A stretch of DNA of 59,347 nt from Acidimicrobiaceae bacterium (GCA_028820455.1 JAPPJC010000001.1:1-59347), one strand, 5' to 3'; positions 10,315 through 21,069 are shown, counted from the first letter of the stretch. A program made the numbers and translations. The notes: generated by a model from the letters alone, not told the origin.

Positions 10315-10872
10315 ATGGATAATAGCTCTGAATCTGCTCAACTAATTTTGGACTGTGCCCAGCTAGATGCTGGTTCAACCGACACGATTGTCGTGTGCCA
10401 ACAGTTGGTGTTGGACAACGCGACTGTTGCTACAACCCACATACTGAACGGCTTGGTGACAGTAGACCTCACAGTAAATGCCACCACGGCTAAAAAACTC
10501 GTGGCCATAGGCAACGTGCACGGTACTTGGATAGCTGAATGTCGTCGCTGTCTTGACAAAATGGAAGGTCAACTTGAAGTACCAATAAGGGAAGTGTTTG
10601 AAGACACTCCCATTGAAGGTGAAACATGGCCTATTTCAATGTCACGGATCAATTTGGGGCCACCTGTACGTGAAGCTGTACTCTTGTCACTTCCTCTAAC
10701 ACCTCTATGCTCAACAACCTGCGCTGGCCCTGTACCCAACCGTTTCCCAACCGGCCCTGCGACATCCAATGAACCCGCGTCCAATAAACACGACTTAAAA
10801 GCTGTTCAATCTACCGACAAACAACCCAAAAACCCTACATGGGATGCTCTAAACCAGATACGCTTTGAATGA
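10315..10872 (+). CDS. YceD/DUF177 metal-binding protein
   Basis: ECRRCL and PLCSTTCAG motifs; upstream of rpmF. Confidence 0.85.
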   Translation: MDNSSESAQLILDCAQLDAGSTDTIVVCQQLVLDNATVATTHILNGLVTVDLTVNATTAKKLVAIGNVHGTWIAECRRCLDKMEGQLEVPIREVFEDTPIEGETWPISMSRINLGPPVREAVLLSLPLTPLCSTTCAGPVPNRFPTGPATSNEPASNKHDLKAVQSTDKQPKNPTWDALNQIRFE

Positions 10873-10955
10873 ACACAGCAGCCCTGAGAGCTCATATGCT
10901 TTTATAGTCGACTCGCCTTCAAACCAGATACGCTTTGAATGAACACAGCAGCCCT
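10851..10955. repeat. 35-bp direct repeat pair, 70-nt period, covering the yceD stop
   Basis: aaaccagatacgctttgaatgaacacagcagccct at 10851-10885 and 10921-10955. Confidence 0.92.
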
Positions 10956-11249
10956 ATTGTGGCATTCGCAATATGTATCAACTAATTTTTGTGACAGTAC
11001 CAACGTAAGCTAAGCAAATAATACAAGACAAGTAGCAAAATAGGGCTAGATCAGCAATACAGAGAGATTCGACAAGAGATCAGCAACAGCAGTACAGAGT
11101 TAATTCAGTAGCATGGTGATAGTGCTAGGTAGTAATGCTGGTAGTGCCAGTCCAGGTAGATGCTTAAGCAGCAGATAGCCTTGGGTACACTTACAAGTTC
11201 GACTTATTCGTTTGATTTTGGTTTGTTCATTTAATGGTGAGTAACAGTT

Positions 11250-11432
11250 ATGCCAGTTCCTAAGAAAAAAACATCTAAAGCTCGTACTCGCAGCAGGCGG
11301 TCAGCTTCGTGGTACATCAAACAAAGCGGGCGCAGTATTTGCAGCCAATGCGGGGTTGTCAAAAGGCCTCATCATGCGTGCAAAGAGTGTGGTTGGTACC
11401 ATAGTCGGCAAGCTATAGAGGTTGCAGAGTAG
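11250..11432 (+). CDS. rpmF: 50S ribosomal protein L32
   Basis: MPVPKKKTSKARTRSRR, CxxC...HHACKECG. Confidence 0.96.
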   Translation: MPVPKKKTSKARTRSRRSASWYIKQSGRSICSQCGVVKRPHHACKECGWYHSRQAIEVAE

Positions 11433-11485
11433 AACTCCCAGCAAAAGATTTTAGACGTAAACAGCAAACGCTAGAAGATGAAGAC

Positions 11486-12487
11486 ATGAAGCCAGTGGCG
11501 GTTGACGCTATGGGGGGCGATTACGGCCCTGAACAGGTCGTGGCAGGTGGCTTGAAAGCTGTAAGAGAATTCGGTATTCCTGTAATGGTTGCAGGCCCTC
11601 CTGATGAATTGCAGAAAATTGAAGGAATACACGACGTAGAGATTATCGAGGCGCATCAGGTTATCCCTATGGACGCGGAACCCGGTATCAGCGTACGCAG
11701 AATGCGAGACTCTTCTATCTCCAGAGCTGCTGAAGCTGTGCGTAACGGCCGAGCTTCAGCCATGGTCTCCCCAGGAAATACAGGTGCTGTGATGGGTACT
11801 GCGATACTTCGGCTAGGCCGCATTCCTGGTATCCCTCGTCCAGCTGTCGCCACACGCGTACCCACCTACGGTGGCCTTCCCACCACCATGTTGGACTGCG
11901 GAGCCAATGCGGAGTGCAAGCCTGAATGGTTAGTGCATTTTGCCCGTATGGGCGTAATTTATGCACGAGATCGTTTTAACATCGAATGCCCTCGGGTGGG
12001 TTTATTGTCAATAGGCGAAGAAGAAGGCAAAGGCAATCCTTTTGTAAAAGAGGCCTACGAACTGTTGAACGATCAAAGATGGACCCATGATGTACATGCT
12101 GAATGGGTAGGCAACGTTGAAGGCAACAATATAATGTCAACAGACGTGGATGTAGTTGTCACCGACGGCTTCACGGGAAATATTACGCTTAAAGTACTTG
12201 AAGGTACCTTTCGAGAACTGATTCGTCGCTTCGCAAAAGCTATCGATGACGCAAAAACCGGCAAAGCTACGGACAGCGCGGTTGACGGTGTTGTCGATGG
12301 CTTAACGCAAGAATTGCATCCCGATAATGTAGGTGGAGCACTTTTACTCGGTGTCAAAGGAGTGTGCGTGATTTCGCATGGTTCTAGCAGTTCAGAAGCC
12401 ATTATGAATGCAATAGTCTTCGCACATGAGATGGCTACTGCTGGAATGATAGGACACCTTTCTGGTATTGGCCGCACCTCAAAGTGA
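11486..12487 (+). CDS. plsX: phosphate acyltransferase PlsX
   Basis: VAVDAMGGDYGP, GNTGA, LDCGAN, VVVTDGFTGN. Confidence 0.96.
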   Translation: MKPVAVDAMGGDYGPEQVVAGGLKAVREFGIPVMVAGPPDELQKIEGIHDVEIIEAHQVIPMDAEPGISVRRMRDSSISRAAEAVRNGRASAMVSPGNTGAVMGTAILRLGRIPGIPRPAVATRVPTYGGLPTTMLDCGANAECKPEWLVHFARMGVIYARDRFNIECPRVGLLSIGEEEGKGNPFVKEAYELLNDQRWTHDVHAEWVGNVEGNNIMSTDVDVVVTDGFTGNITLKVLEGTFRELIRRFAKAIDDAKTGKATDSAVDGVVDGLTQELHPDNVGGALLLGVKGVCVISHGSSSSEAIMNAIVFAHEMATAGMIGHLSGIGRTSK

Positions 12488-12580
12488 GATCACCACACCT
12501 AAACACGCAAATCCCCGTCTAGTACTGCTAGATTTAAGGGTTTACATTAACATCCAATATTTATGCCCGGAGGTTTGCCT

Positions 12581-12871
12581 ATGACAGCAGAGACCCATGC
12601 AAAACAGGGCCCGGTCGAGCGCGATGAGGTGCGAACGTTGGTTTGTGATCATCTTGCCGACATTCTTGAAATCGAGCCCTCCGACATCAGTGAAGGTGAC
12701 TCCTTTGCTGATGATTTAGATGCCGATTCTCTTGCTCTGATCGAACTTGTTGAAATAATTGAAGAAGAAATGAGAGAACGTTTCGACGATTTCCGTATAG
12801 AAGACGAAGCTCTTCAAGATTTGCGAACTGTGCGCGACGCGATTGACTATGTTATGTCACAATTGAATTGA
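12581..12871 (+). CDS. acpP: acyl carrier protein
   Basis: DLDADSLALIE phosphopantetheine site; GGAGG upstream of ATG 12581. Confidence 0.92.
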   Translation: MTAETHAKQGPVERDEVRTLVCDHLADILEIEPSDISEGDSFADDLDADSLALIELVEIIEEEMRERFDDFRIEDEALQDLRTVRDAIDYVMSQLN

Positions 12872-12946
12872 AACATGGTATCAAATTCAGTTCAAGTATG
12901 CTATCGACAAGCGCGGCGACAAACACAGACATTGCTGCATTGAAAC

Positions 12947-13756
12947 ATGATACCCCCACCCGCAAACACTGCTGAGTTAGAACAGCAGATCGGCTACAAC
13001 AATAAAGCAAAAAACGTTCACACACCCCCACCTGCAAACACTGCTGAGTTAGAACAGCAGATCGGCTACCAGTTCACCGATCGATCTTTATGCGACACAG
13101 CACTCACCCATACTTCTTGGTGTGCTGAGAACGACATGGGGCCTTCTAATCAACGTCTTGAATTTTTAGGTGATGCTGTTTTAGGGCTGGTAGCAGCTCA
13201 TTGGTTATACAGCGAGTACAGTGACCTATCCGAAGGCCAGATGTCTAAAGCTCGCGCTGAGATGGTAAGCAAAAACTCGTTAGCCGCAGCTGCACGGACA
13301 TGTGACTTGGGTCTATATTTGCTACTCGGTCAAGGTGAGGACAATTCTGGGGGCCGTCATAACCCGTCGCTGTTAGCTGATGGCTTAGAATCGGTTATAG
13401 GCGCAATATACCTTGACGGAGGATTAACCGCAGCTGAAACCACAATACGTAAAATACTCGGGAAATCGTTCAATAATATCGCTCAAGCCCCAGGTTTAAC
13501 CGATTTCAAAAGTCGACTCCAAGAAATAGCCGCTCATGCTGGAATCGCTCCACCTCACTACGACATAGCCAACAGTGGCCCCGAACACGACAAACGTTTT
13601 TATGCGTTGGTAACAGTTGGCGAAACGTTTGGGAAAGGAGAAGGAAGCACCAAAAAAAGTGCGTCGCAACGCGCTGCCGAACAAGCATGCGCAATACTTG
13701 CCAGCCAACTTACACAAGAAAAGAAACAAGAAAGAAATAGGCAGGAAAAGAAATAG
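12947..13756 (+). CDS. rnc: ribonuclease III
   Basis: NQRLEFLGDAVLG signature, dsRBD (DFKSRLQE...GPEHDKRF); duplicated N-terminal segment. Confidence 0.96.
   Translation: MIPPPANTAELEQQIGYNNKAKNVHTPPPANTAELEQQIGYQFTDRSLCDTALTHTSWCAENDMGPSNQRLEFLGDAVLGLVAAHWLYSEYSDLSEGQMSKARAEMVSKNSLAAAARTCDLGLYLLLGQGEDNSGGRHNPSLLADGLESVIGAIYLDGGLTAAETTIRKILGKSFNNIAQAPGLTDFKSRLQEIAAHAGIAPPHYDIANSGPEHDKRFYALVTVGETFGKGEGSTKKSASQRAAEQACAILASQLTQEKKQERNRQEKK
12952..13069. repeat. 46-bp in-frame direct repeat pair, 72-nt period, in the rnc 5' end
   Basis: 12952-12997 and 13024-13069, 1 mismatch; PPPANTAELEQQIGY occurs twice. Confidence 0.92.
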
Positions 13757-14080
13757 ATACAACTAGCGAAAAAATAATCGCAGTCAACAAACAAGCAGTG
13801 CTGACTGTATGAGTATCACAAACAAAAACGTGAGTACAATCGCCAAGCCGACAATCAGATATGGCCAATATAGCCGAAGTTTGATTTGCCTTGATTATGC
13901 TACGTTTGCCTTGATTAGGTTGAGGTAGACTTTGCTAAGATATATCAAGGAGAAACATACCAATTCGTTAGTGTCTTTCTAGCATCTTTACCACCTGGTT
14001 TTTTGTATTCTGCTTTTATTTCTAACACCACATTCACATTTCAAAAAACATGGCCACCACAGCGTGAAGGTTGAAACGGC

Positions 14081-15091
14081 TTGCTCACAACTAAGACATC
14101 CCTGAAAACTGATGCAGCTGGTCCTGCTGAATCCGATTCCACAGAGCAGATGACAGCCAAACAGAGGAAGTTGCTCGCAAGGATTGAACGCGCGCGTTCA
14201 GATCGTAACACCGCGAGTGCTGACAGGCCGGATGAAATGTTTGATTACGAACTGCCTGAAGTGGAACTTGTGCGCAAAAGCTTGGAAAGGGAGATCACGG
14301 GTCTAACTATTGAAAACTGTGAAGCAGCAAGTCTGAAATGCTTAAGAAGCTATTTCTTCCGTAAATACTTCACCAACCGTCTAGCAGGGGCAAAGATCAA
14401 CAAAGTGGAACGCATCGGCCTTTACATAGCTATCAAGCTTGAATCCGAGCAGTTTGATACCAGCCATGTGTTGATCCTGTCACTCGGTGCTTCAGGCTCA
14501 CCCAGATGGATGCCAGCAGACAGCAAAGAAAAACTGAAAAATACTGAAGTGGTGATAAAATTCTCCAACGGTAACAAGCTTCTGTTTGTCGACCCGGTCG
14601 GCACCGGTCAGCTATTTCTTGTGCCAGAAGATGATATCGCCACACACATACCTGAAGTTGCCAACTATGGCAGCGACCCCCTTAGCCCAGTAGCGTGGAC
14701 AGAGATCGGGCAACGACTACTACAACAAGAGCGTGAACTCAAAACCCTGCTCAAAGATGACACTTTCATGGTGGGGATAGACACTATCTACGTTGATGAA
14801 ATTCTTTTTGAAGCCGGTTTACGCTATGACCGAGTTGCCAACACCTTAAGCAGTCAAGAAATACGACGATTGCACCGGTCTCTAGGAAGTACTTTACACA
14901 ACGCCATGAAATACGGGGGAACATCATTGCCTGAGCGGCCTTTCACAAATCCTCTCGGAAATACCGGGGGATATTCAAACCACATCCAAGTGTGGGGACG
15001 ACACGATCAACTAAGCGTTCGATCGCGTGATCCGATAAAAAGAGTGCAATATCAAGGTTCCTGGACCTACTATTGCGATACCCAGATTTGA
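14081..15091 (+). CDS. Fpg/Nei-family DNA glycosylase-like protein (divergent)
   Basis: ELPEVE, H2TH-like GIDTIYVDEILFEAG; follows rnc like mutM; start uncertain (ATG 14237 possible). Confidence 0.8.
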   Translation: MLTTKTSLKTDAAGPAESDSTEQMTAKQRKLLARIERARSDRNTASADRPDEMFDYELPEVELVRKSLEREITGLTIENCEAASLKCLRSYFFRKYFTNRLAGAKINKVERIGLYIAIKLESEQFDTSHVLILSLGASGSPRWMPADSKEKLKNTEVVIKFSNGNKLLFVDPVGTGQLFLVPEDDIATHIPEVANYGSDPLSPVAWTEIGQRLLQQERELKTLLKDDTFMVGIDTIYVDEILFEAGLRYDRVANTLSSQEIRRLHRSLGSTLHNAMKYGGTSLPERPFTNPLGNTGGYSNHIQVWGRHDQLSVRSRDPIKRVQYQGSWTYYCDTQI

Positions 15092-15130
15092 CCTATCGAC
15101 TGGGAGAATCAACAAAACGAGCATAAGGAC

Positions 15131-16453
15131 ATGGACAAAGATATAGACGGCTCTGATGCTTACGACTGGCAGCCAGATATGCAAGACGAGCCTACGGAAG
15201 AAAGCGAATCAGCGGATGAGAACACCGCTTCAGCTTCAGCACCGCCACCGGTGTTGCGTCCAAACACACACTCAGATCCCGCAGATAAAAAGACCAGTCA
15301 ATCACGTTTACTTGCTACAATACTACTTGCTCTGGTAACCGCGGTTTTCATAAACCTGGGCGTCAGAAAGTTAACCTCTGACAACCTGAACTCTAAAGGT
15401 GGTGGCTCTGAAGAAGCAGCTGAAGAGTCGTGGGTGAAAATAGGTGAGATTGATGACGAAGATGATGCCGACATTGAAGGCAACACGCCGTCTACAAGTA
15501 ATTCTGCAGAAGAATATGTACCCGGCTTACCATCCACAAATGACAATTCACAAGAACCCGCAGTTTATGTAGCTGAGTTTGTTGCTCCTTCAGTCGTGCG
15601 GGTCAGTACTGCCACTGGTCAAGGATCAGGAATAGTATGGGACGCTTCTGAGGGTTACATAATCACCAACCACCATGTGGTCAGAGACCCCATAATAGGA
15701 GATGTCGATACGGTGACTGTAACTTTCTCCAACGGCACCAGACTAGAAGGAGAAGTTGTTGGGGTCTCCCCCAACCAAGATGTAGCTGTCATACTCGTGG
15801 ACCCAGAAGAGGTTCAATTGAAGCCTGCTGTATTTGCGCCCATGCAATCAATCAAAATCGGACAACTGGCAGTGGCTATTGGGAGCCCATTCGGCCTCAC
15901 AGGTACAGTAACCTCTGGCATTGTCAGTGGTATTCGAATAAACCTTTACGGCGGCTCAGACCCTGAAGCACCCGTTCCAGTAGAGATGATACAAACTGAC
16001 GCTCCCATAAATCCGGGCAACTCGGGAGGAGCTTTAGCCGACCGCCAAGGCCGAGTGATCGGCATGAACACAAGCATTCAGACAGCAGGAGAAATGGGCA
16101 ACGTAGGAGTTGGTTTCGCGGTGCCCAGTGACACTATTGAGTTAATTGCAAATCGCATAGTCAAAGGAGAGTCACTTGATATAGGTTTCCTGGGGATTTC
16201 CAGCGAAACCAACGTATCGACCGAGGATGGGGTGCTCATCACAAGCGTAGTTGAAGACTCACCAGCGGATCAAGCTGGTATCCAAGTAGGCGACGTGATT
16301 ATTGGCCTTGAAGGTGAAACAGTGGAAACCATAGCCGAACTCTCCGCAGATATAAAGCTGCATCCACCGGGAGATGTGGTAGAACTAGAAATCCGACGCG
16401 ACAAAACTGTCTTCAGAACTAGTGTAGTGCTCAGCTCTTACACATCATCTTAA
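15131..16453 (+). CDS. HtrA/S1C serine protease with PDZ domain, membrane anchored
   Basis: ITNHHVV, IQTDAPINPGNSGGAL, C-terminal PDZ, one TM helix. Confidence 0.93.
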   Translation: MDKDIDGSDAYDWQPDMQDEPTEESESADENTASASAPPPVLRPNTHSDPADKKTSQSRLLATILLALVTAVFINLGVRKLTSDNLNSKGGGSEEAAEESWVKIGEIDDEDDADIEGNTPSTSNSAEEYVPGLPSTNDNSQEPAVYVAEFVAPSVVRVSTATGQGSGIVWDASEGYIITNHHVVRDPIIGDVDTVTVTFSNGTRLEGEVVGVSPNQDVAVILVDPEEVQLKPAVFAPMQSIKIGQLAVAIGSPFGLTGTVTSGIVSGIRINLYGGSDPEAPVPVEMIQTDAPINPGNSGGALADRQGRVIGMNTSIQTAGEMGNVGVGFAVPSDTIELIANRIVKGESLDIGFLGISSETNVSTEDGVLITSVVEDSPADQAGIQVGDVIIGLEGETVETIAELSADIKLHPPGDVVELEIRRDKTVFRTSVVLSSYTSS

Positions 16454-16456
16454 CTG

Positions 16457-16561
16457 CAATAAGCTTCAGACAAGCATTGCAACTCCAATACCGTGGATTC
16501 TAAAAGTCTGGTGGGACCAGCATATGTGACAATAAGCTTCAGACAAGCATTGCAACTCCAA
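16457..16561. repeat. 32-bp direct repeat pair, 73-nt period
   Basis: caataagcttcagacaagcattgcaactccaa at 16457-16488 and 16530-16561. Confidence 0.92.
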
Positions 16562-16628
16562 CGCCCGCGTAATTTCATCCGTATAATTTTTTAGGTATGA
16601 GCACAAATAGCAAACACAAGTAGAACCT

Positions 16629-17939
16629 ATGACTGTCCTGCAAATAATACTGCTCGTGTCCGCAGTGTCACTGCTGCTTATAGCAACGGTAACGGTGTCG
16701 CGGGTACGCAATCGCTCTAGTGATAGTAGACAGCAGTATAAAAAGCCGGCAAAATCGACTGTTCAACCTGAAAAACCGCTTCACCCAGCAACAACAGGAA
16801 CAACAGGCAACAACCTTGAACCCGATGAACCCGCCGAAACCGAACCTGAGCAACCCGAAGAACATGGCAAAGCTGAAAATCTAAAAGAAGCTGATGGAGA
16901 AATAGCGGCGGATCCGAAAAAATCCGCTAGGCCAGAAGAACCCGAACTTGAAGAATCTGAAGAACCAGACAGACCAGCCGAAGCTGAGGCTGATACCGCA
17001 CACGAAGAAACCGAAACCGAGGCTGTAGAAGAAGCTCGGCCGTCATTACGGGATCGTCTTAAAAAAGCCCGTAATGCACTAACCAGCTCACTAGCACAAA
17101 CTTTGAAGCGTTCTACGATCTCAGAAGAAACATGGGATGAGCTTACTGAAACGCTTATTCGAGCTGATGTCGGACTGAAAATCACCGATGAACTCATAGA
17201 GAAGACTAAAGACAAAACCCGCAGTAGCAAACTCAAAACACCAGCTGAAGTTGTGGTCGCATTGCAGGAAGAAATACGTGAAAGCTTGCGGATGGATAAC
17301 CGAGATTTACTCAAATCATCCAACCCGGATAAGCCATCGATATGGCTGTTTTTAGGAGTCAACGGTGCTGGCAAAACCACCACGATTGGAAAACTAGCCA
17401 TGCAGGAAAGCCGTTCGGGTACTCGTATCATGCTGGCTGCGGGCGACACTTTTAGAGCTGCTGCTGCGGAACAGCTCGCCATTTGGGCTGAACGTACAGG
17501 AGCAGACATCGTTAAAGGAGCAGCCGGAGCCGACCCTGCTTCAGTGGTTTATGACTCAGTAGCCTCAGCCGCAGCGAAAGGATTCGACCTGGTTATGGTA
17601 GACACCGCAGGCCGCTTACACACCAATCACAATCTAATAGACGAACTGCGGAAGATACGACGTGTGGCTGATAAGGGTGCCGCAAAAGTCACCGAAGTCT
17701 TACTTGTGCTTGACGCCACCATGGGTCAGAACGGGCTTGCACAAGCACGGCAGTTCACAGAAGCGGTCGACGTAACCGGTGTAGTCCTCACAAAACTTGA
17801 CGGATCAGCAAAAGGCGGGATAGTAGTGGCCGTGCAAACCGAGTTGAATATCCCAGTGAAACTAGTGGGTGTTGGGGAAGGGTTAGGAGATCTGATGCCT
17901 TTCGATGAAACCGAATTCACTGATGCCCTCTTCAATTGA
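16629..17939 (+). CDS. ftsY: SRP receptor FtsY
   Basis: GVNGAGKTTT, DTFRAAA, DTAGR, TKLDGSAKGG; N-terminal TM plus acidic region. Confidence 0.96.
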   Translation: MTVLQIILLVSAVSLLLIATVTVSRVRNRSSDSRQQYKKPAKSTVQPEKPLHPATTGTTGNNLEPDEPAETEPEQPEEHGKAENLKEADGEIAADPKKSARPEEPELEESEEPDRPAEAEADTAHEETETEAVEEARPSLRDRLKKARNALTSSLAQTLKRSTISEETWDELTETLIRADVGLKITDELIEKTKDKTRSSKLKTPAEVVVALQEEIRESLRMDNRDLLKSSNPDKPSIWLFLGVNGAGKTTTIGKLAMQESRSGTRIMLAAGDTFRAAAAEQLAIWAERTGADIVKGAAGADPASVVYDSVASAAAKGFDLVMVDTAGRLHTNHNLIDELRKIRRVADKGAAKVTEVLLVLDATMGQNGLAQARQFTEAVDVTGVVLTKLDGSAKGGIVVAVQTELNIPVKLVGVGEGLGDLMPFDETEFTDALFN

Positions 17940-18024
17940 ACAATCTGCTGCTAATCGCTGAAATGCTGCTAATTGGTTACTGATGTACTGCTAATCGCTG
18001 AAGTGCTGCTAATATTGTCAAATC

Positions 18025-19518
18025 ATGTTTGAGGTTCTTAGAAATCGCTTTGAGGCTGTTTTTTCAAAATTAAAAGGACGCGGCAAACTGACTGCGTCTG
18101 AAGTAGATGCAGCATTGCGTGATATACGCATCGCATTGATAGAAGCTGATGTCAATGTTGACGTTGTCAAAAGTCTGACTGAACGCATCCGGCAGCGCAC
18201 TGTCGGCACAGAACTGTCAAAAGCTTTGAACCCTGGTCAACAAGTAGTAAAGATCGTACTGCAGGAGCTCACAACCAGTCTAGGTGGTGAGCCTCTCAAC
18301 ATCACTTACGCTTCTAAGCCACCCACAGTAATACTACTAGCCGGCTTACAAGGTACAGGAAAAACTACTAACTCTGTCAAGCTTGCGCAATGGTGTCAAA
18401 AGCAGGGTCGTAAGCCACTGCTAGTTGGTGCAGACTTGCAGCGTCCAGCAGCTGTTGAGCAACTCCGTACCCTTGGAAGCCAAATACAGGTCCCTGTTTT
18501 CAGCAAGCCAACTGATCCTGTGGAAGTAGCAGAAGAAGCTCTTGCGGAAGCTGCTCAGTCGGGCTGTGACGTGGTGATAGTCGACACAGCCGGCCGCCTA
18601 GCCATTGACAACGAAATGATGGTACAGGTCGGCGAAATATCTGCAACCACTAAGCCGCATTTCACTTTCTTAGTGGTTGATGCGATGACCGGCCAGGATG
18701 CTGTCACCAGTGCTAAAGCCTTCCATGAAACCCTAGCTCTTGATGGAGTCATTCTCACCAAACTGGACGGAGACGCTAGAGGTGGTGCAGCCCTTTCAGT
18801 TAAAGAAGTGGTTGGGAAACCCATAGCTTTTGCTTCCACAGGTGAGAAGCTTGACGATTTTGAGCAGTTCCATCCAGACCGCTTGGCTAGTCGCATTCTC
18901 GGGATGGGCGACATCGAAACTTTAATCGACAAAGCCGAAAACGTTTTCGAGGCCGAGGAAGCATCTAAAGCAACAGCCCGTTTGATTGAAGGGTCGTTCA
19001 CTTTTGACGACTTTCTCGACACCATGCAAAAAGTATTACAAATGGGCAACCTAGGTAGCCTGCTGAACATGATGCCAGGGATAGGTAAACAGTTACGCAA
19101 CGCAGATATTGATGAACAGCGAATCGGTCGTATCAAAGGGATGATACATTCAATGACCCCGCAGGAACGCTCCACCCCTGAAATCATTGACGCCTCCCGA
19201 CGGCAGAGGATAGCAGCAGGTTCGGGATGCCAGCCTAACGAAGTAAAAACCCTGATAGGGCAATTCAAGCAAATGCGTACAATGATGAAAACCATGATAG
19301 GAGGAGGGCCGGCTGGACGTTTTAAAAAACGTGGCAGTCGTATCAGCAGAAAAACAAGCAAAAACACCGCATACCAAAGAAGGGGCCGTGGTCGTAAACT
19401 CAAAGGTCGAAAACAAGGCGGAAAAAATCGCCGCGGCGGCCGTGTTACTCCTAAAGGAACCCGGCCCGCCCAAAGTATTCCAACCGGCAGTCCTCTAGGT
19501 TTGCCCGGGTGGGATTAA
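18025..19518 (+). CDS. ffh: signal recognition particle protein
   Basis: GLQGTGKTT, DTAGRL, TKLDGDARGG, M domain SRRQRIAAGSG. Confidence 0.97.
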   Translation: MFEVLRNRFEAVFSKLKGRGKLTASEVDAALRDIRIALIEADVNVDVVKSLTERIRQRTVGTELSKALNPGQQVVKIVLQELTTSLGGEPLNITYASKPPTVILLAGLQGTGKTTNSVKLAQWCQKQGRKPLLVGADLQRPAAVEQLRTLGSQIQVPVFSKPTDPVEVAEEALAEAAQSGCDVVIVDTAGRLAIDNEMMVQVGEISATTKPHFTFLVVDAMTGQDAVTSAKAFHETLALDGVILTKLDGDARGGAALSVKEVVGKPIAFASTGEKLDDFEQFHPDRLASRILGMGDIETLIDKAENVFEAEEASKATARLIEGSFTFDDFLDTMQKVLQMGNLGSLLNMMPGIGKQLRNADIDEQRIGRIKGMIHSMTPQERSTPEIIDASRRQRIAAGSGCQPNEVKTLIGQFKQMRTMMKTMIGGGPAGRFKKRGSRISRKTSKNTAYQRRGRGRKLKGRKQGGKNRRGGRVTPKGTRPAQSIPTGSPLGLPGWD

Positions 19519-19581
19519 CAATCCGGGTGGAAACACCAACCCAAGTGAGAACAATTAACGCAATGTGTGAAAGGAACTAAA

Positions 19582-19995
19582 ATGGCAGTAAAGCTTCGCT
19601 TAGTGCGAATGGGTAAAAAGAAGCAACCCAGCTATCGGGTAGTAGCAGCTGACTCGCGAGCCCCGCGCAACGGGCGTTTCATCGAAGTAATCGGCTTCTA
19701 CCAACCTCGTCAGGAGCCATCGGTTGTGAAAATCGACAATCAAAGGGCTTTGCATTGGCTTCAGCATGGTGCTCAACCCACCGATAGAGTCAAAAAATTA
19801 CTTTCAATCAGCGGAGCTTGGGAAAGTTTCCGCCCAGCAGAAGCAGCCCCCGAGAGTACAACCCCCGACAATGCAACCCCTATCGCAACAGAAACAAACC
19901 CCGCCACTACTGGTACTACCAGTACAAACAACCAAGAAAACAACGACACTGAAAACAACAACCAAGAAAACAACGACGGAAGCGTGAACTCATGA
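19582..19995 (+). CDS. rpsP: 30S ribosomal protein S16
   Basis: [26 protein letters not shown]; low-complexity C-terminal tail. Confidence 0.97.
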   Translation: MAVKLRLVRMGKKKQPSYRVVAADSRAPRNGRFIEVIGFYQPRQEPSVVKIDNQRALHWLQHGAQPTDRVKKLLSISGAWESFRPAEAAPESTTPDNATPIATETNPATTGTTSTNNQENNDTENNNQENNDGSVNS

Positions 19996-20252
19996 GCAAC
20001 AACGACTTAGCACCAACAGCTTATGCAATGTGCCATTACATAGTTTCTTCCATAGTCGACAACAAAGAAGCAACGAACGTCACCGCTTCTGCCATTAATG
20101 ACAATTTTGTTCGTTTGGATGTGCAGGTTGCTGATGGTCAACTAGGGCGGGTAATAGGCAAACGAGGTCGAGTAGCTCATGCTATCCGTACTTTAGTCCA
20201 AGCTGCCGGATCACGCGACGGCAAAGACATAGCCGTAGAGTTTGTTGACTGA
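19992..20252 (+). CDS. khpA: KH-domain RNA-binding protein KhpA
   Basis: [10 protein letters not shown] GxxG motif; between rpsP and rimM. Confidence 0.88.
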   Translation: MSNNDLAPTAYAMCHYIVSSIVDNKEATNVTASAINDNFVRLDVQVADGQLGRVIGKRGRVAHAIRTLVQAAGSRDGKDIAVEFVD

Positions 20253-20413
20253 GATACTCCCTCGCCACTTTGAACAACCTCTGTTCCGCCGCTTAAAAGC
20301 CCTTGCTCCTAAACACCCCCACCCACTCAAACAGCGATCAACAGCACTGTCAGTACGCGACTAATCAAATTAGAACTTGTCAGTTGACACTAGAGCTCGC
20401 TTGAAGTCAGACC

Positions 20414-20878
20414 TTGTTAGTTGAGATCGGCCGCATAACACGCCCCCACGGCCTGCACGGCGAGGTGATGGCAATATTGGTGTCAAACCGGCTAGAACGA
20501 CTGGCGTCGGGGTCAATATTGACAACCGATTTGGGTGATCTTACAGTAGTTTCGTCTCGACCTCATGGCCAGCGTCATATTGTTGCGTTTGACGGCATAG
20601 CCACTCGCAACCAAGCTGAAAAATATCGAAGTCTCACTCTGCGAGCAGAGCCACTTCAAGACTTAAACGAGCTATGGGTTCACGAATTGATCGGCTCAGA
20701 AGTGGTTGACCAATTCGGTATTAGTAGAAGCACGGTAGGCCAAGTGATCGCAAATCCAGCCAGTGATCTATTGGAATTGACCAACGGGGCCTTGGTGCCG
20801 GTATGTTTTATCACTGATTTCATCCCTCACACTCAAGTAACCGTAACAGTGCCAGAGGGACTATTCGAGCCAAGCTGA
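20414..20878 (+). CDS. rimM: ribosome maturation factor RimM
   Basis: IGRITRPHGLHGEV, WVHELIG, PEGLF; synteny. Confidence 0.92.
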   Translation: MLVEIGRITRPHGLHGEVMAILVSNRLERLASGSILTTDLGDLTVVSSRPHGQRHIVAFDGIATRNQAEKYRSLTLRAEPLQDLNELWVHELIGSEVVDQFGISRSTVGQVIANPASDLLELTNGALVPVCFITDFIPHTQVTVTVPEGLFEPS

Positions 20879-20958
20879 ACTTTAGACTACCTGTACGCCA
20901 ACCGCTACCAGCATCCCTCAAATGAATAGTAAGACGACAACCTTCAAGTTGTGCTAAC

Positions 20959-21069
20959 AGTGCTAGCACAACAATGAGACAAGAATGGGCTTGAGAGACT
21001 GCGATCGGGCGCACAGTATAAAGGAAGCCTATAGTGCTAGCACAACAATGAGACAAGAATGGGCTTGAG
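20959..21069. repeat. 37-bp direct repeat pair, 74-nt period, covering the trmD start
   Basis: agtgctagcacaacaatgagacaagaatgggcttgag at 20959-20995 and 21033-21069. Confidence 0.92.

Noticed and set aside
18555-19403. Long antisense ORFs (also 16781-17509, 39241-39876, 41924-42556, 53789-54346)
   Set aside because: These are shadow frames opposite well-supported genes.
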